Below, one piece after another: positions 17,164-26,647 of a stretch of 64,000 nt of DNA; positions within the stretch are counted from its first letter, which is position 1; each line of letters begins with the position of its first letter. Below the pieces are notes generated by a model. The model made no database searches. It was not told the origin of the DNA and saw only the letters and a program-made list of their open reading frames with translations. The DNA is taken from contig CALVWX010000005.1 of NCBI GenBank assembly GCA_944368215.1, forward strand, positions 32,481 through 96,480. Direction: 5' to 3'. Origin of the DNA: an uncultured Clostridia bacterium (GTDB lineage: Bacteria; Bacillota; Clostridia; Christensenellales; Borkfalkiaceae). The position numbers were made by a program, and so were the translations under genes.

Positions 17164-17562
17164 ATGTTTAAGCTTATGATTGACCTTCAGAAAAAACTTA
17201 CGCCGCAGCAGGCAAAACAGCTCTCGCCCGTCACGCTCGCATTCGTCGGCGACGCCGTGTATTCGCTGTACGTGCGCGCTTCTTTGGTGCTCTCTGCCGA
17301 CCGCAAACCCGCAGATTTGCAAAGGCTCAGCTCGCAGCTCGTCTCCGCCCACGGGCAGAGTCAGCTTCTGGTCGAGCTCGAAGGCGGACTTACGGAGGAA
17401 GAGCACGAAATTTTCCTCCGCGGCCGCAACGCCAAAAAGGCCACCAAGAGCAAGAACGCCGACGTAGCCGAATACAACCGCTCCACGGGGTTCGAGGCCG
17501 TTTTAGGCTATCTATATCTGACGGGCAACGGGCAGAGAATTTTTGAATTGCTGGGTGACTGA
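17164..17562 (+). CDS. mrnC: Mini-ribonuclease 3
   Basis: 132 aa with the RNase III-like signature LAFVGDAVYSLYVR. Fits mrnC-rlmB-sigH synteny as in Bacillus. Confidence 0.88.
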   Translation: MFKLMIDLQKKLTPQQAKQLSPVTLAFVGDAVYSLYVRASLVLSADRKPADLQRLSSQLVSAHGQSQLLVELEGGLTEEEHEIFLRGRNAKKATKSKNADVAEYNRSTGFEAVLGYLYLTGNGQRIFELLGD

Positions 17563-17564
17563 TT

Positions 17565-18278
17565 ATGCAGACCGAAGGAAGAAACGCCGTCTCCGAACTT
17601 TTGAAAAGCGGCGCCACAATCGAAAAAATAATGATGGAAAAGGACCCACAGGGGAGTCTGGCGCGCATCTTCGCCCAGGCCCGCTCGGCAGGCGTGCGCG
17701 TGCAGTTCGTCGATAAAAAGGTGTTGGACAAACACTCCGTAACAAGGCGCCATCAGGGCTGCATTGCCTTTTCCACCGACTATAAATATGCCCCGCTCGA
17801 CGACATAATCGCCTCTTCCTCAAGCGGCAAGGGCTTTGTCATTCTCTGCGACGGCATAGAGGACGTGCACAACCTCGGCTCGATAATAAGGGTGGCGGAG
17901 TGCGCGGGCGCCGACGGCGTCGTCATCCCCTCAAACAATTCCGCCGCCGTAACCGAAGCCGTCATCCGCATTTCCGCGGGCGCGGCCAACCACATAAAGG
18001 TGGCCAAGGTCAATTCGCCGGGCAACGCCATCGAAGAGCTCAAAAAGGCGGGCTTCTGGCTGTACGCGCTCGAAGCCGACGGCACCGATATCTACAAGGC
18101 CGACCTTTCGGGCAACGTCGCCCTCGTCGTCGGCGGCGAGGACAGCGGGGTCAGGCGGCTTACGCGCGAAAAGTGCGATTTCACTCTCTCCATACCCCTG
18201 CGCGGCAAAGTCAATTCCCTCAACGCCTCCGTGGCCCTCGGAATTGCCGCGTACGAAGTGGTAAAAACCCGCCTATGA
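17565..18278 (+). CDS. rlmB: 23S rRNA (guanosine-2'-O)-methyltransferase RlmB (SpoU/TrmH family)
   Basis: 237 aa with an N-terminal substrate-binding domain and a SpoU methylase core (DGIEDVHNLGSIIRVAECAGADGV, SLNASVALGI). Confidence 0.88.
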   Translation: MQTEGRNAVSELLKSGATIEKIMMEKDPQGSLARIFAQARSAGVRVQFVDKKVLDKHSVTRRHQGCIAFSTDYKYAPLDDIIASSSSGKGFVILCDGIEDVHNLGSIIRVAECAGADGVVIPSNNSAAVTEAVIRISAGAANHIKVAKVNSPGNAIEELKKAGFWLYALEADGTDIYKADLSGNVALVVGGEDSGVRRLTREKCDFTLSIPLRGKVNSLNASVALGIAAYEVVKTRL

Positions 18279-18820
18279 CCGATAACCAACTCATATCCCG
18301 TTTCCGCGTCGGCGATAAAACCGCCTGCGACGAGCTTTTAAATAAATATAAACCCGTCGTTCTGCGCGTCGCCCGCCGCTTTTTTCTTTCCGGCGGCGAC
18401 ACCGAAGACCTCGTTCAGGAGGGTATGTGCGGACTGTATTCGGCCATGCAGAATTTTGAGGAGGGCGATTTTCCCTCCTATGCGTACGCCTGCATAAGAA
18501 ACCGCATAGCCGACGCCGTAAGGCACTCGGCAAGCGGCAAAAATTTTGCCCTCAACAGCTCGCTTCCCATAGATTTTTCGCCCGACATTCCTTCCCGCGG
18601 CGACAATCCCGAGGACAAGCTGATAGATTCCGAAAGCCGCACCGAACTTTCGTCCCTCATGCGCGAGCATTTATCTCCGCTCGAATATAAGGTAATGTCC
18701 ATGTACGTAGACGGCGCGTCTATGTCTGAAATGTGTTCGGCTCTCGGTAAACCGTATAAAAGCATAGACAACGCAATAACGCGTTCAAAAAATAAACTGC
18801 AAAAAATTTTAGGAGGCTGA
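18275..18820 (+). CDS. sigH: RNA polymerase sigma factor SigH
   Basis: ATG at 18275 (ATGA overlap with rlmB). MTDNQLISRFRVGDKTACDELL..., QEGMCGLY, KSIDNAITRSKNKL match the SigH pattern. The first 125 aa of track ORF 17900..18820 are an Arg-rich alternate frame of rlmB. Confidence 0.85.
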   Translation: MTDNQLISRFRVGDKTACDELLNKYKPVVLRVARRFFLSGGDTEDLVQEGMCGLYSAMQNFEEGDFPSYAYACIRNRIADAVRHSASGKNFALNSSLPIDFSPDIPSRGDNPEDKLIDSESRTELSSLMREHLSPLEYKVMSMYVDGASMSEMCSALGKPYKSIDNAITRSKNKLQKILGG

Positions 18821-18821
18821 A

Positions 18822-20591
18822 ATGGCTTATCTGGCGTTTTACCGCACCTTCCGCCCGACCACCTTCGACGAAGTCGTCAGGCAGGAGCACATAGTCAAAA
18901 TTTTAAAAAACCAGATCGCGGCCGACAAAATCGGCCACGCCTATCTGTTCTGCGGCCCGCGCGGCACGGGCAAAACCACTCTCGCCAAAATTTTCGCGCG
19001 CGCCGTCAACTGCGAACACCCCGTAAACTGTTCGCCCTGCGGCGTCTGCCCCACGTGCAAAGCCCTGTCCTCGGGCGCCAATATGGACATCGTCGAAATA
19101 GACGCGGCCTCCAACAACGGCGTGGACGAAATGCGCGACCTCCGCGAAAAAGTCCAGTATCCCCCCGTGGCGGGCAGAAAAAAAGTGTATATAATCGACG
19201 AAGTCCACATGCTCTCGCCTTCGGCCTTTAACGCCGTCTTAAAGACGCTCGAAGAGCCGCCCGCGCACGCACTTTTCATCCTCGCCACCACCGAACCGCA
19301 AAAAATCCCCGCAACAATACTTTCGCGCTGCATGCGCTTCGATTTTAAACTCATTCCCCGTTCCGACCTCGAGGCCCTTTTAAAAAAGGTCTTCGACAAA
19401 GTCGGCAAGGAATACGAGGAGGAGGCAATCTCCGCAATCGCCCGTGCGGGTGCCGGCAGCGCGCGCGACACGCTTTCCATAGCCGACATGTGCGCTTCGT
19501 ACTCGGTCGGAAAATTAACCTATTCCGACGTAACCGCCGTCCTCGGCGCGGCGGATTTCAATTCGGTTGCAAAAATAGTCAACTTCATGTTCGAAGGCGA
19601 CGCATCTAGCGCCCTCTCCGAAGTCGAAGCCGTTTTGTCCACAGGCAAGGGCGTGGGCACGCTATGTAAGGATTTACTTACTTTCCTTAACAATGTCGCC
19701 ATTGCAAAATTGTGCAAAAACGCGCGCGAAATTTTAAATCTGCCCGAAGACAGGTTTGCCCTGCTCTTTTCCTCGGCGGAGCGCGCCGACGGGCACAAAA
19801 TTCTGCGCACAACCGAAATTTTGTCTGTCTGCGAAAGCGACATGCGTTACGCCTTAAACGGCGCCATAACGCTGGAGACGGCAATACTCAAATGCTCCCT
19901 GCCCGAAAGCGACTATAACATGGACGCGCTCATCTCGCGCGTCGCCGCTCTCGAAAAAAAGGTGGAAGAGGGCGTAAAAGTAGCCGTGCAAAGCGTGCAG
20001 CAGCCTTTCGCGCAGCCTGCGGCTCAAAGGGCGCAAAAACAACCCGCGGCGGAAAAATCTTCGGCGGAGCGGTCCGCCGCATCTCATATGTCTCTCGGCG
20101 CGATTGAGGAGGACGACCCCTTCGGCGCGGCAAAAAAGCCTTCGGCTTCCGCACATAGCGCGCCTGAAATCTCGGACGCAAGCGGCGGGGCTTCAAAACC
20201 TTCGGCAGTTCAGGCCGAACAGCCCGCCCTGTGGGACAACGCGCCTCCCCCCGCGCATGCCGGCTCGCTCACGGACGAGCAGAAGGGCAAGGTGTTCGGC
20301 AATCTTTTAAAGCTCTTCCGCACCACCCGCCGCAACGCTGTGCTGTTCACGCTCTGCATGGACCTCGAAAGTGCGTTTGAAGGCGACACGCTCATCTTGT
20401 ATACCGATACCGAGGCGGTATTCAAGGCGCTCAACCGCGAAGAAAATTCCCGCTTCATCCGCGACGCATTGGCTGAACTCGGCGTGTTCTCGCACGAGGT
20501 AAAGTTCAAACCCAAGGGCGAAAGCAAGTGGGAAAGCGCCGAACGGCGTTTAAAGGAAAATTTCAAAGGAATCGACATAGATATAAAGTAA
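18822..20591 (+). CDS. dnaX: DNA polymerase III subunit gamma/tau
   Basis: 589 aa with P-loop GPRGTGKTT, a zinc module CEHPVNCSPCGVCPTC and an SRC motif (ILSRCMRF). Confidence 0.95.
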   Translation: MAYLAFYRTFRPTTFDEVVRQEHIVKILKNQIAADKIGHAYLFCGPRGTGKTTLAKIFARAVNCEHPVNCSPCGVCPTCKALSSGANMDIVEIDAASNNGVDEMRDLREKVQYPPVAGRKKVYIIDEVHMLSPSAFNAVLKTLEEPPAHALFILATTEPQKIPATILSRCMRFDFKLIPRSDLEALLKKVFDKVGKEYEEEAISAIARAGAGSARDTLSIADMCASYSVGKLTYSDVTAVLGAADFNSVAKIVNFMFEGDASSALSEVEAVLSTGKGVGTLCKDLLTFLNNVAIAKLCKNAREILNLPEDRFALLFSSAERADGHKILRTTEILSVCESDMRYALNGAITLETAILKCSLPESDYNMDALISRVAALEKKVEEGVKVAVQSVQQPFAQPAAQRAQKQPAAEKSSAERSAASHMSLGAIEEDDPFGAAKKPSASAHSAPEISDASGGASKPSAVQAEQPALWDNAPPPAHAGSLTDEQKGKVFGNLLKLFRTTRRNAVLFTLCMDLESAFEGDTLILYTDTEAVFKALNREENSRFIRDALAELGVFSHEVKFKPKGESKWESAERRLKENFKGIDIDIK

Positions 20592-20633
20592 AGTGCAAAC
20601 TTTGTTTGCCTGTCAATTTTTAATGGTTGCGCT

Positions 20634-20704
20634 TGCCCGCCCGTTGTCATACTTAGCGCAGCCGAATGTATCCCGTGCGGTCTGCCGCGCGGACAACGGG
20701 CGGC
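20634..20704. repeat. Family A-related fragment in a local inverted repeat
   Basis: GCCCGCCCGTTGTCATACTTAGCGCAGCCGAATGTATCC...GACAACGGGCGGC. Confidence 0.5.
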
Positions 20705-20769
20705 AGCGGCGGCGTAAAGCGCGCATTTATTCAAAAAATTATCCCAAAAATAAGGAGAATTCAGATTTT

Positions 20770-21138
20770 ATGGCATATAAAGGCGGCGGCATGGGCAATA
20801 ACATGCAGAACTTAATGAAGCAGGCTCAGAAAATGCAGGAGCAGATGCAGGAAGTCGATAAAGAGCTCGACGACTGGGAAATAGTCGGCACCTCGGGCGG
20901 CGGCGCCGAAGGCGACGAAACGGTTGTCGTCTATATGAACGCCAAAAAGATGATAAACGGCATAGAATTCGGCTCCAACCTCCCGGGCACGGTCGACCTC
21001 ACCGACGAGGACGACGTCGAAATGCTCGAAGACCTCATCATGGCCGCCATCAACGACGGCTACAAAAAGGCCGACGAAGTATACGAAGAAAAAATGGGCC
21101 CCTTCGGCAACATGGGCGGCCTCGGCGGACTGCTATAA
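20770..21138 (+). CDS. ybaB: Nucleoid-associated protein YbaB/EbfC
   Basis: ATG at 20770 with SD AAGGAG. The MQNLMKQAQKMQEQMQ N-terminus is typical. Fits dnaX-ybaB-recR synteny. Confidence 0.9.
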   Translation: MAYKGGGMGNNMQNLMKQAQKMQEQMQEVDKELDDWEIVGTSGGGAEGDETVVVYMNAKKMINGIEFGSNLPGTVDLTDEDDVEMLEDLIMAAINDGYKKADEVYEEKMGPFGNMGGLGGLL

Positions 21139-21729
21139 ATGGAAATTTTTATCGAACCTATCGGCAAACTCATAAACGAGTTTTCCAAACTCCCCGGCGT
21201 CGGCAAAAAAACGGCGCAGCGCTATGCATATAAAATAGTCAACATGTCAAAAGGCGAAGCCGAAGAATTCGCCCGCGCCATAGTCGACTGCAAGGCCAAA
21301 GTGCGCTATTGCAAAATCTGCGGCAACTTCTCCGAAGAAGAGGTGTGCGAAATCTGCAAAACGCGCGATAAATCTGTAATCTGCGTCGTGCGCGACCCGC
21401 GCGACGTCGTCGCCATGGAAAAATTGCGCGAATACAAGGGCGTTTACCACGTCCTGCACGGCGTAATCAATCCCATGGAGGGTGTCGGCCCCAACGACAT
21501 TCATATAAAGGAACTTCTCGCCCGCATAGACGGGTCCGTCAAGGAAGTTATAATGGCCACCAATCCCGACGTGGAGGGCGAAGCCACGGCCATGTATATA
21601 GCCAAGCTTTTAAAGCCGCTCGGCGTAAACGTCACCCGCCTCGCCCACGGCATACCAATAGGCGGCGAGCTCGAATACACCGACGAGGTAACGCTCTCCC
21701 GCGCCCTTTCAGAGAGGAAATCGCTATGA
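21139..21729 (+). CDS. recR: Recombination protein RecR
   Basis: 196 aa with HhH ([11 protein letters not shown]), a C4 zinc finger ([16 protein letters not shown]) and a Toprim region. Confidence 0.95.
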   Translation: MEIFIEPIGKLINEFSKLPGVGKKTAQRYAYKIVNMSKGEAEEFARAIVDCKAKVRYCKICGNFSEEEVCEICKTRDKSVICVVRDPRDVVAMEKLREYKGVYHVLHGVINPMEGVGPNDIHIKELLARIDGSVKEVIMATNPDVEGEATAMYIAKLLKPLGVNVTRLAHGIPIGGELEYTDEVTLSRALSERKSL

Positions 21730-22724
21730 AAATTTCCGTCCTCGGCTGCGGCAGGTGGGGTTCGTTCCTCGCGTGGTATCAGGCCACCGTGCTCAATAAC
21801 TCGGTAATACTATGGGGCGAACGCGGCCGCAAGTCCTTCGAAACGTTAAGAGCGGAAGGCGCCAACGAATATGTCACGCTCGACCCTTCCATAACCCTCA
21901 CCGACGATTTGTCCCTCGCCGTCTCCTCGGCGGAGGTCATAATAATTTCCATAAGCTCGCAGGCCCTGCGCTCGTTTTTGCCCAAAGTCACAAAGTGCGG
22001 CATTTCGGGCAAAATTTTCGTGCTGTGCATGAAGGGCATAGAGGAGGGCACGGGCAAACGCCTAACCGAGGTCGCCGCCGAGTGCGGCATTCCTCCCCAA
22101 AACACCGCCGTGTGGGTGGGGCCCGGCCACATTCAGGCCTTTGTAAAGGGCATTCCCAACTGCATGCTCATCGACAGCTGCAACGGCGAACTTACGCGCT
22201 ACTTCGCCGATTCTTTCAAGAGCAATTTAATCCGCTTTTACTACGGCAACGATTTAATCGGCACCGAGGTCGGCGCGGCGGCAAAAAACGTCCTCGGCAT
22301 AGTCGCGGGCGTGCTGGACGGCTGCGGCTATACCGCGCTCAAGGGCCCTTTAATGGCGCGCGGCGCGTTCGAAGTCGCGTCGTTAATCAAGGCCATGGGC
22401 GGCGATTTCAGTTCGGCCTACGGCCTCGCCCACCTCGGCGATTACGAAACGACCCTCTTTTCCGAATATTCCAACAACCGCCGCTACGGCGAACTCATGG
22501 CAAAGGGCGTGCGCTTCGACAAGCTCGCCGAAGGCGTAATGACGGCCAAGGCCATGAAGGAACTGGGCGAAAAATACGGCATAGACCTGCCCATAACCAA
22601 CGCCGTGTACGAGGCATGCTTTTTATCCCACGCCTTCGAAGGCGGCGACGGAAAGGAACAATGCATGCAAATAATTCTAAAATTGTTTGAACGGCAAACA
22701 AAAACGCAGTTTTATGATAAATAG
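21726..22724 (+). CDS. gpsA: NAD(P)H-dependent glycerol-3-phosphate dehydrogenase
   Basis: 332 aa with an N-terminal Rossmann motif ([11 protein letters not shown]), [14 protein letters not shown] and ITNAVYE motifs. Confidence 0.8.
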   Translation: MKISVLGCGRWGSFLAWYQATVLNNSVILWGERGRKSFETLRAEGANEYVTLDPSITLTDDLSLAVSSAEVIIISISSQALRSFLPKVTKCGISGKIFVLCMKGIEEGTGKRLTEVAAECGIPPQNTAVWVGPGHIQAFVKGIPNCMLIDSCNGELTRYFADSFKSNLIRFYYGNDLIGTEVGAAAKNVLGIVAGVLDGCGYTALKGPLMARGAFEVASLIKAMGGDFSSAYGLAHLGDYETTLFSEYSNNRRYGELMAKGVRFDKLAEGVMTAKAMKELGEKYGIDLPITNAVYEACFLSHAFEGGDGKEQCMQIILKLFERQTKTQFYDK

Positions 22725-22808
22725 TTTTGTTTTTTATTGCTAAACGGCAGTTTTAAGTGTAAAATAGTACCGTTCGCTTAATAATGGAATATGAAATGTG
22801 AAAAGTAT

Positions 22809-22828
22809 GCGGCATAAAGCCGCGTTTT
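22809..22828 (+). terminator. Weak terminator after gpsA
   Basis: GCGGC-ATAAA-GCCGC followed by GTTTT. Confidence 0.4.
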
Positions 22829-22837
22829 CCACTTAGC

Positions 22838-22974
22838 GTCATACTGAGCGGAGCATGGCGGCGGCCATGCGCAGTCGAACGTATCTTGCCCGATATGTAA
22901 CCCGGCAAGATCCTTCGGCTCCGTTCGCGTTGCTCACTGTGCTCATGATGACAGAAAAAACCCGCCCACCCACC
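22838..22974. repeat. Family A palindromic MITE-like repeat, full copy
   Basis: GTCATACTGAGCGGAGC...GCGCAGTCGAACGTATCTTGCCCGATATGTAACCCGGCAAGATCCTTCGGCTC...GCTCATGATGAC plus a CCCGCCCACCCACC tail. Confidence 0.8.
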
Positions 22975-23007
22975 ACGATTTATTTAACCATTAAAAGAAG
23001 ATATTTT

Positions 23008-24840
23008 ATGATTAGAAACGATTTACGAAATGTTGCAATAATAGCCCACGTCGACCACGGCAAGACAACATTGGTCGATGCAATGCTCAAGCAGAGCCAC
23101 ACCTTCCGCGACAATCAGGCCGTCGACGAAAGGGTAATGGACTCCAACGCCATCGAGCGCGAAAGGGGCATAACCATACTCGCAAAAAATACGTCCGTGC
23201 ATTATAACGGCGTTAAAATAAACATAGTCGACACGCCTGGCCACGCCGATTTCTCCGGCGAGGTGGAAAGGGTAATGATGATGGTCAACGGCGTTCTCGT
23301 CCTCGTCGACGCGGCCGAAGGCCCCATGCCCCAGACCCGCTTCGTCGTGCAGAAGGCGCTCGAGATGGGTCACCGCCTCATCATCGTCGTCAACAAAATC
23401 GACCGTCCCGATGCACGGTTGAGCGAAGTTCAGGACGAAATTTTGGAACTTCTCCTCGAACTCAACGCCTCGGACGACCAGCTGATGTCGCCCGTCGTTT
23501 GGTGCTCGGGCAGGGACGGCACGGCCACGCTCGATTTAAATACCCCCGGCAAGGATTTAACGCCCCTCTTCGAAACCATTTTAAACCACATTCAGCCCAT
23601 GGAAGTCGATGAAAACGGCCCCGCACAGATTCTCTGCTCGTCCATCGACTATAACGACTACGTCGGCAGAATAGGCATAGGCAGAATAGAGCGCGGCACC
23701 GTCCGCGCGGGCCAGTCCGTTGTCGTCACCAACTACAACAACCAGTCGCTTAAGCAGCCAGGAAAAATAGTCAACCTCTATCAGATAGAAGGTCTCAACC
23801 GCGTCAACTGCGAAACCGCCGCGGCGGGCGACATAGTCTGCTTTTCCGGCCTCGATAAAATCAATATCGGCGACACCGTCTGCTCGCCCGAAAACGTCGA
23901 ACCCCATAAGTTTGTAAAAATAACCGAACCTACGGTAGAGATGACCTTCTCGGTCAACGATTCGCCCTTTGCAGGCAAGGAAGGTAAGTGGGTAACCACA
24001 AGGCACCTGCGCGACAGGCTCTTCCGCGAACTTTTAAGGGATGTGTCCCTCCGCGTGGAGGAGACCGACTCCGCCGACAGCTACCGCGTCTGCGGCAGGG
24101 GCGAAATGCACCTCTCTATTCTTATAGAGAACATGCGCCGCGAAGGCTACGAATTTCAGGTCTCCACGCCCCGCGTCATGTACAAGTATATCGACGGGCA
24201 GAAGTACGAACCCGTGGAGCGCCTCATCGTAGACATTCCCGACGAAGCTTCGGGCGCCGTCTTCCAGTCCATGGGCAACCGCAAGGGCGAACTCCTGCAC
24301 ATGTCGGCAATCGGTTCGCGGACCCGCCTCGAATTTTTAATTCCCGCGCGCGGCCTCTTCGGCTACAAGTCTGAATTCTTGACTTCAACCAAGGGCGAAG
24401 GCGTAATGAACAGCGTCTTCTTCGAATATCAGCCCTATAAGGGCGATTTAAACCGCCGCAGCACGGGTTCGCTCGTCGCATTCGAAACGGGCGAAGCCGT
24501 AACCTACGGCCTTTTCAACGCGCAGGGCCGCGGCACGCTCTTCATCGGCCCCGGCACGCCCGTCTACGAGGGCATGGTCATAGGCGAAAGCCCCAAAAAC
24601 GAGGATATCAACGTCAACGTCTGCAAGACCAAGCACCTCACAAATACTCGTTCGTCCAACTCTGACGACGCTCTGCGCCTCATCACTCCCAAAAAGATGA
24701 GTCTGGAAGAGTGCCTCGAATTTATCGGCGACGACGAACTTCTGGAAGTTACGCCCAAAAATATCCGTATCCGCAAGCGCATACTCGATTCAGAGCTCCG
24801 CGCCAAGGCCGCCGCGAAAATCCGCAAGGGTCTCGCATAA
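23008..24840 (+). CDS. typA: Translational GTPase TypA/BipA
   Basis: ATG at 23008 ([24 protein letters not shown]) with G motifs DTPGH and NKID. The 51 aa upstream in the track ORF are a translation of the repeat. Confidence 0.95.
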   Translation: MIRNDLRNVAIIAHVDHGKTTLVDAMLKQSHTFRDNQAVDERVMDSNAIERERGITILAKNTSVHYNGVKINIVDTPGHADFSGEVERVMMMVNGVLVLVDAAEGPMPQTRFVVQKALEMGHRLIIVVNKIDRPDARLSEVQDEILELLLELNASDDQLMSPVVWCSGRDGTATLDLNTPGKDLTPLFETILNHIQPMEVDENGPAQILCSSIDYNDYVGRIGIGRIERGTVRAGQSVVVTNYNNQSLKQPGKIVNLYQIEGLNRVNCETAAAGDIVCFSGLDKINIGDTVCSPENVEPHKFVKITEPTVEMTFSVNDSPFAGKEGKWVTTRHLRDRLFRELLRDVSLRVEETDSADSYRVCGRGEMHLSILIENMRREGYEFQVSTPRVMYKYIDGQKYEPVERLIVDIPDEASGAVFQSMGNRKGELLHMSAIGSRTRLEFLIPARGLFGYKSEFLTSTKGEGVMNSVFFEYQPYKGDLNRRSTGSLVAFETGEAVTYGLFNAQGRGTLFIGPGTPVYEGMVIGESPKNEDINVNVCKTKHLTNTRSSNSDDALRLITPKKMSLEECLEFIGDDELLEVTPKNIRIRKRILDSELRAKAAAKIRKGLA

Positions 24841-24847
24841 GGAAGCT

Positions 24848-25022
24848 CACAAAAATTGTGCGCTGGCGACGCGCAACAATTTTTCGTGATTTTGAGGAGC
24901 TCCGCTCCTCGGCGCGCAATCTTTCAGGGCCCACGATAATATAATTGCGCGCCTTCACCTCAGGTGAGCTCGCTTGCGCGACAAATTGTGTCTGCTTCGG
25001 GGAAATGAATTCCCCTTGCAAC
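24848..25022 (-). repeat. Family C long module, inverted partner of 29999-30172
   Basis: The reverse complement aligns by eye over ~175 nt at roughly three-quarters identity with 29999-30172. One example is GAGGAGCGGAGCTCCTCAAAATCACG...GCGCGTCGCCAGCGCACAA. Confidence 0.75.
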
Positions 25023-25031
25023 ATTATTCAA

Positions 25032-25144
25032 TTAGAACTCGCGCGAAACTGTAGTATTTGCGCGAAGAGGAGGAGTAACGGGGCAAAATTGCAAGGTATG
25101 GTACATAACTTGCATAGAACGCAGCTTACTCCGACGAGCTGGCG
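25032..25144 (+). repeat. Family C repeat module
   Basis: TTAGAACTCGCGCGAAACTGTAGTATTTGCGCGAAGAGGAGG... parallels 13318-13436. Confidence 0.75.
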
Positions 25145-25261
25145 ACGAAATGAATTCGCCTTGCGACGTATTGATTTAAAAATCAGGTTGCGTCGGCGGT
25201 GTGTCGTGTGCGAATGAATAATGAAAGTGAAAAATGAATAATTGTGGTGTATAGCACTGTT

Positions 25262-25372
25262 AAAACCGCGGCGGCGCACATTGCGCCGCCGCATTAACAT
25301 TATTTTTTGCCTCCCTTGTGTAAAGGGAGGTGCCGCGCAATGCCAAGGCATGGCGCGGCGGAAGGATTGTTT
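25262..25372 (+). repeat. Family B composite repeat
   Basis: AAAACCGCGGCGGCGCAC-ATT-GCGCCGCCGC, then TTTTTTGCCTCCCTTGTGTAAAGGGAGGTGCC...GGCGGAAGGATTGTT. Confidence 0.8.
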
Positions 25373-25387
25373 TATCCCCGCTTTGTT

Positions 25388-25506
25388 GTCATTCCGAGTT
25401 TGCCGAGCAATCTATCTGTAACCTTCGGCTGATGGCAATCCCCGTGTGTCATCTTGAGCGAAGCGGCGCGGGCAAAGCCCGCGCCGCAAAGTCGAAAGAT
25501 CCTGCC
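25388..25506. repeat. Two Family A-type short copies
   Basis: GTCATTCCGAG...CCTTCGGCTGATGGCAAT (25388-25438), then GTCATCTTGAGCGAAGCGGCGCGGGCAAAGCCCGCGCCGCAAAGTCGAAAGATCCTGCC (25448-25506). The latter parallels the left arm at 62409. Confidence 0.7.
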
Positions 25507-25569
25507 GTAACTTCGCAAAAGCCCGTTCAAAGCAACAGGCCTGTTTGTATCTGGCAAGATTGCCCGGCT

Positions 25570-25668
25570 CCGCCCAACCATGCCCCTTGCCAAAGGTGTA
25601 ATCATCCGCCCAACCATGCCCCCCTTGCCAAAGGGGGGATCAAAGGGGGGATCAAAGGGGGGATTTGT
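25570..25668 (+). repeat. Short tandem/direct repeats
   Basis: CCGCCCAACCATGCCCC(CC)TTGCCAAAGG occurs twice (25570, 25606), followed by GGGGGGATCAAA x3 (25633-25666, last unit degenerate). Confidence 0.8.
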
Positions 25669-25705
25669 CCCAATTAATATTCCGATTCCCAATAATCACT
25701 AACTT

Positions 25706-25735
25706 CTCATAATTTCCCCCTCCGCCGCATAGAGT
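25706..25735 (+). promoter_or_regulatory. Possible sigma-E-type (mother-cell) promoter for yabP-yabQ-divIC
   Basis: CTCATAAT-14 nt-CATAGAGT compared with the Bacillus sigma-E consensus as I recall it (kmATATT-14-CATACAhT). It lies 20 nt upstream of the yabP ATG region. Confidence 0.3.
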
Positions 25736-25755
25736 AATACACACGGAGGGATGAC

Positions 25756-26031
25756 ATGGAAAACAGCCAGAACCCGGCAAAAAACACCCAACACACTTTA
25801 AATATAGAAAACAAAAAACTTCTCACGGCTACGGGCATAGAGGGTGTGCGCGACTTTTCTCCCTCTCAGTTCACGCTCGTATACGCGGGCGGCAGAATAG
25901 CTGTAGGCGGTTCGGATATGAAAATCACCGCTTTTTCCAAGCAGACGGGGTCTTTCGCCGCTTCGGGGCAGTTCACTTCGGTTAAATATATCGCCGCAGG
26001 CGAAGGCCTTAGGAAAAAACTGCTTAAATGA
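25756..26031 (+). CDS. yabP: Sporulation protein YabP
   Basis: 91 aa. HTLNIENKKLLTATGIEGVRDFSPSQFTLVYAGGRIAVGGSDMKITAF is typical of the YabP family. It is followed by yabQ with a 4-nt overlap. Confidence 0.85.
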   Translation: MENSQNPAKNTQHTLNIENKKLLTATGIEGVRDFSPSQFTLVYAGGRIAVGGSDMKITAFSKQTGSFAASGQFTSVKYIAAGEGLRKKLLK

Positions 26032-26531
26032 GTCAGGCGGCAATATTTTTTGTCAGCGCCGCCTGCGGAATAGCCGGCGGCGTCATTTACGATATTTTCT
26101 ATTTGCTGCGCGGCGCGCCGCGCGCTTTCGCGCCCGCGCGCCGCGCACTGCAAAAAACAGTTACTTTTTTGTGCGACGTTTTTTTCTTTATCGTGCTCGC
26201 CGCGCTCTTTCTTTTTGTGTCGCATATATTCGATTTTTACGGCCTCCGCGCGTATATGATAGCCGCTTTGGCCCTCGGATTGCTTATTTATTTAAAAAGT
26301 TTACACATTCTTGTTGCATTTTTAATAAATAAATTGTATAATAGGATAAGTAGAATTGTACTCAAAAGGAGTAAGGAGCGTGCAGAACGAAGAAAAACGC
26401 AAAAGGATAATCGCCGCCGTGACAGTCGCGGGCGTCGTCTTGATAGTCATTCTCTTCGCCGTCGTCATCTATCAGATAGTCGACATCTGCGTCCTCAAGG
26501 CCCGCAGAGACCGCCTTCAGCAGGAGTATGA
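26028..26531 (+). CDS. yabQ: Spore cortex biosynthesis protein YabQ
   Basis: N-terminal multi-TM (AIFFVSAACGIAGGVIYDIFYLLR...) in the position after yabP. The last ~60 aa are an Arg-rich tail that overlaps the next gene. Confidence 0.7.
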   Translation: MSQAAIFFVSAACGIAGGVIYDIFYLLRGAPRAFAPARRALQKTVTFLCDVFFFIVLAALFLFVSHIFDFYGLRAYMIAALALGLLIYLKSLHILVAFLINKLYNRISRIVLKRSKERAERRKTQKDNRRRDSRGRRLDSHSLRRRHLSDSRHLRPQGPQRPPSAGV

Positions 26532-26643
26532 ATACACTCTCTCCCAGATAGGCGAAGGGGAGGACTGGCTGGAAAATTACGAACTCAATGAGGACGCAAT
26601 TTTGTATAAGCTCGCCCTTCAGCACGGCTACAGGCCCAACTAA
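26380..26643 (+). CDS. divIC: Septum formation initiator family protein (DivIC/FtsB-like)
   Basis: GTG at 26380, 8 nt after GGAG. Basic N-terminus, a single TM (IIAAVTVAGVVLIVILFAVVIY) and then a coiled coil. Fits yabP-yabQ-divIC synteny. The start is uncertain (track start is TTG at 26356). Confidence 0.65.
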   Translation: MQNEEKRKRIIAAVTVAGVVLIVILFAVVIYQIVDICVLKARRDRLQQEYEYTLSQIGEGEDWLENYELNEDAILYKLALQHGYRPN

Positions 26644-26647
26644 CCAT

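Noticed and set aside
17900-18274. Long N-terminal extension of the sigH ORF (306 aa)
   Set aside because: It is an Arg/Gly-rich alternate frame of rlmB, typical of GC3-rich DNA. SigH homology begins at the ATG at 18275, which overlaps the rlmB stop.
18822-20769. SRP RNA (scr/ffs), expected next to dnaX as in Bacillus
   Set aside because: sigH abuts dnaX with a 1-nt gap. The 177-nt dnaX-ybaB gap contains a Family A-like fragment and lacks the conserved SRP domain IV motifs I could recognise.
21812-22690. 292-aa ORF overlapping gpsA in another frame
   Set aside because: It has extreme Arg/Pro/His/Gly composition and lies fully inside a well-supported CDS. This is a frame artefact. The same reasoning applies to 721..1182, 2762..3124, 5694..6425, 36725..37003, 39863..40237, 52813..53412 and others.
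22855-23007. 51-aa N-terminal extension of TypA in the ORF track
   Set aside because: The extension is repeat-derived. The canonical TypA N-terminus [21 protein letters not shown] starts at 23008.
25633-25668. Possible CRISPR-like array (GGGGGGATCAAA x3)
   Set aside because: The units are 12 nt and directly tandem with no spacers, and no cas genes are present. This is a microsatellite-like repeat.
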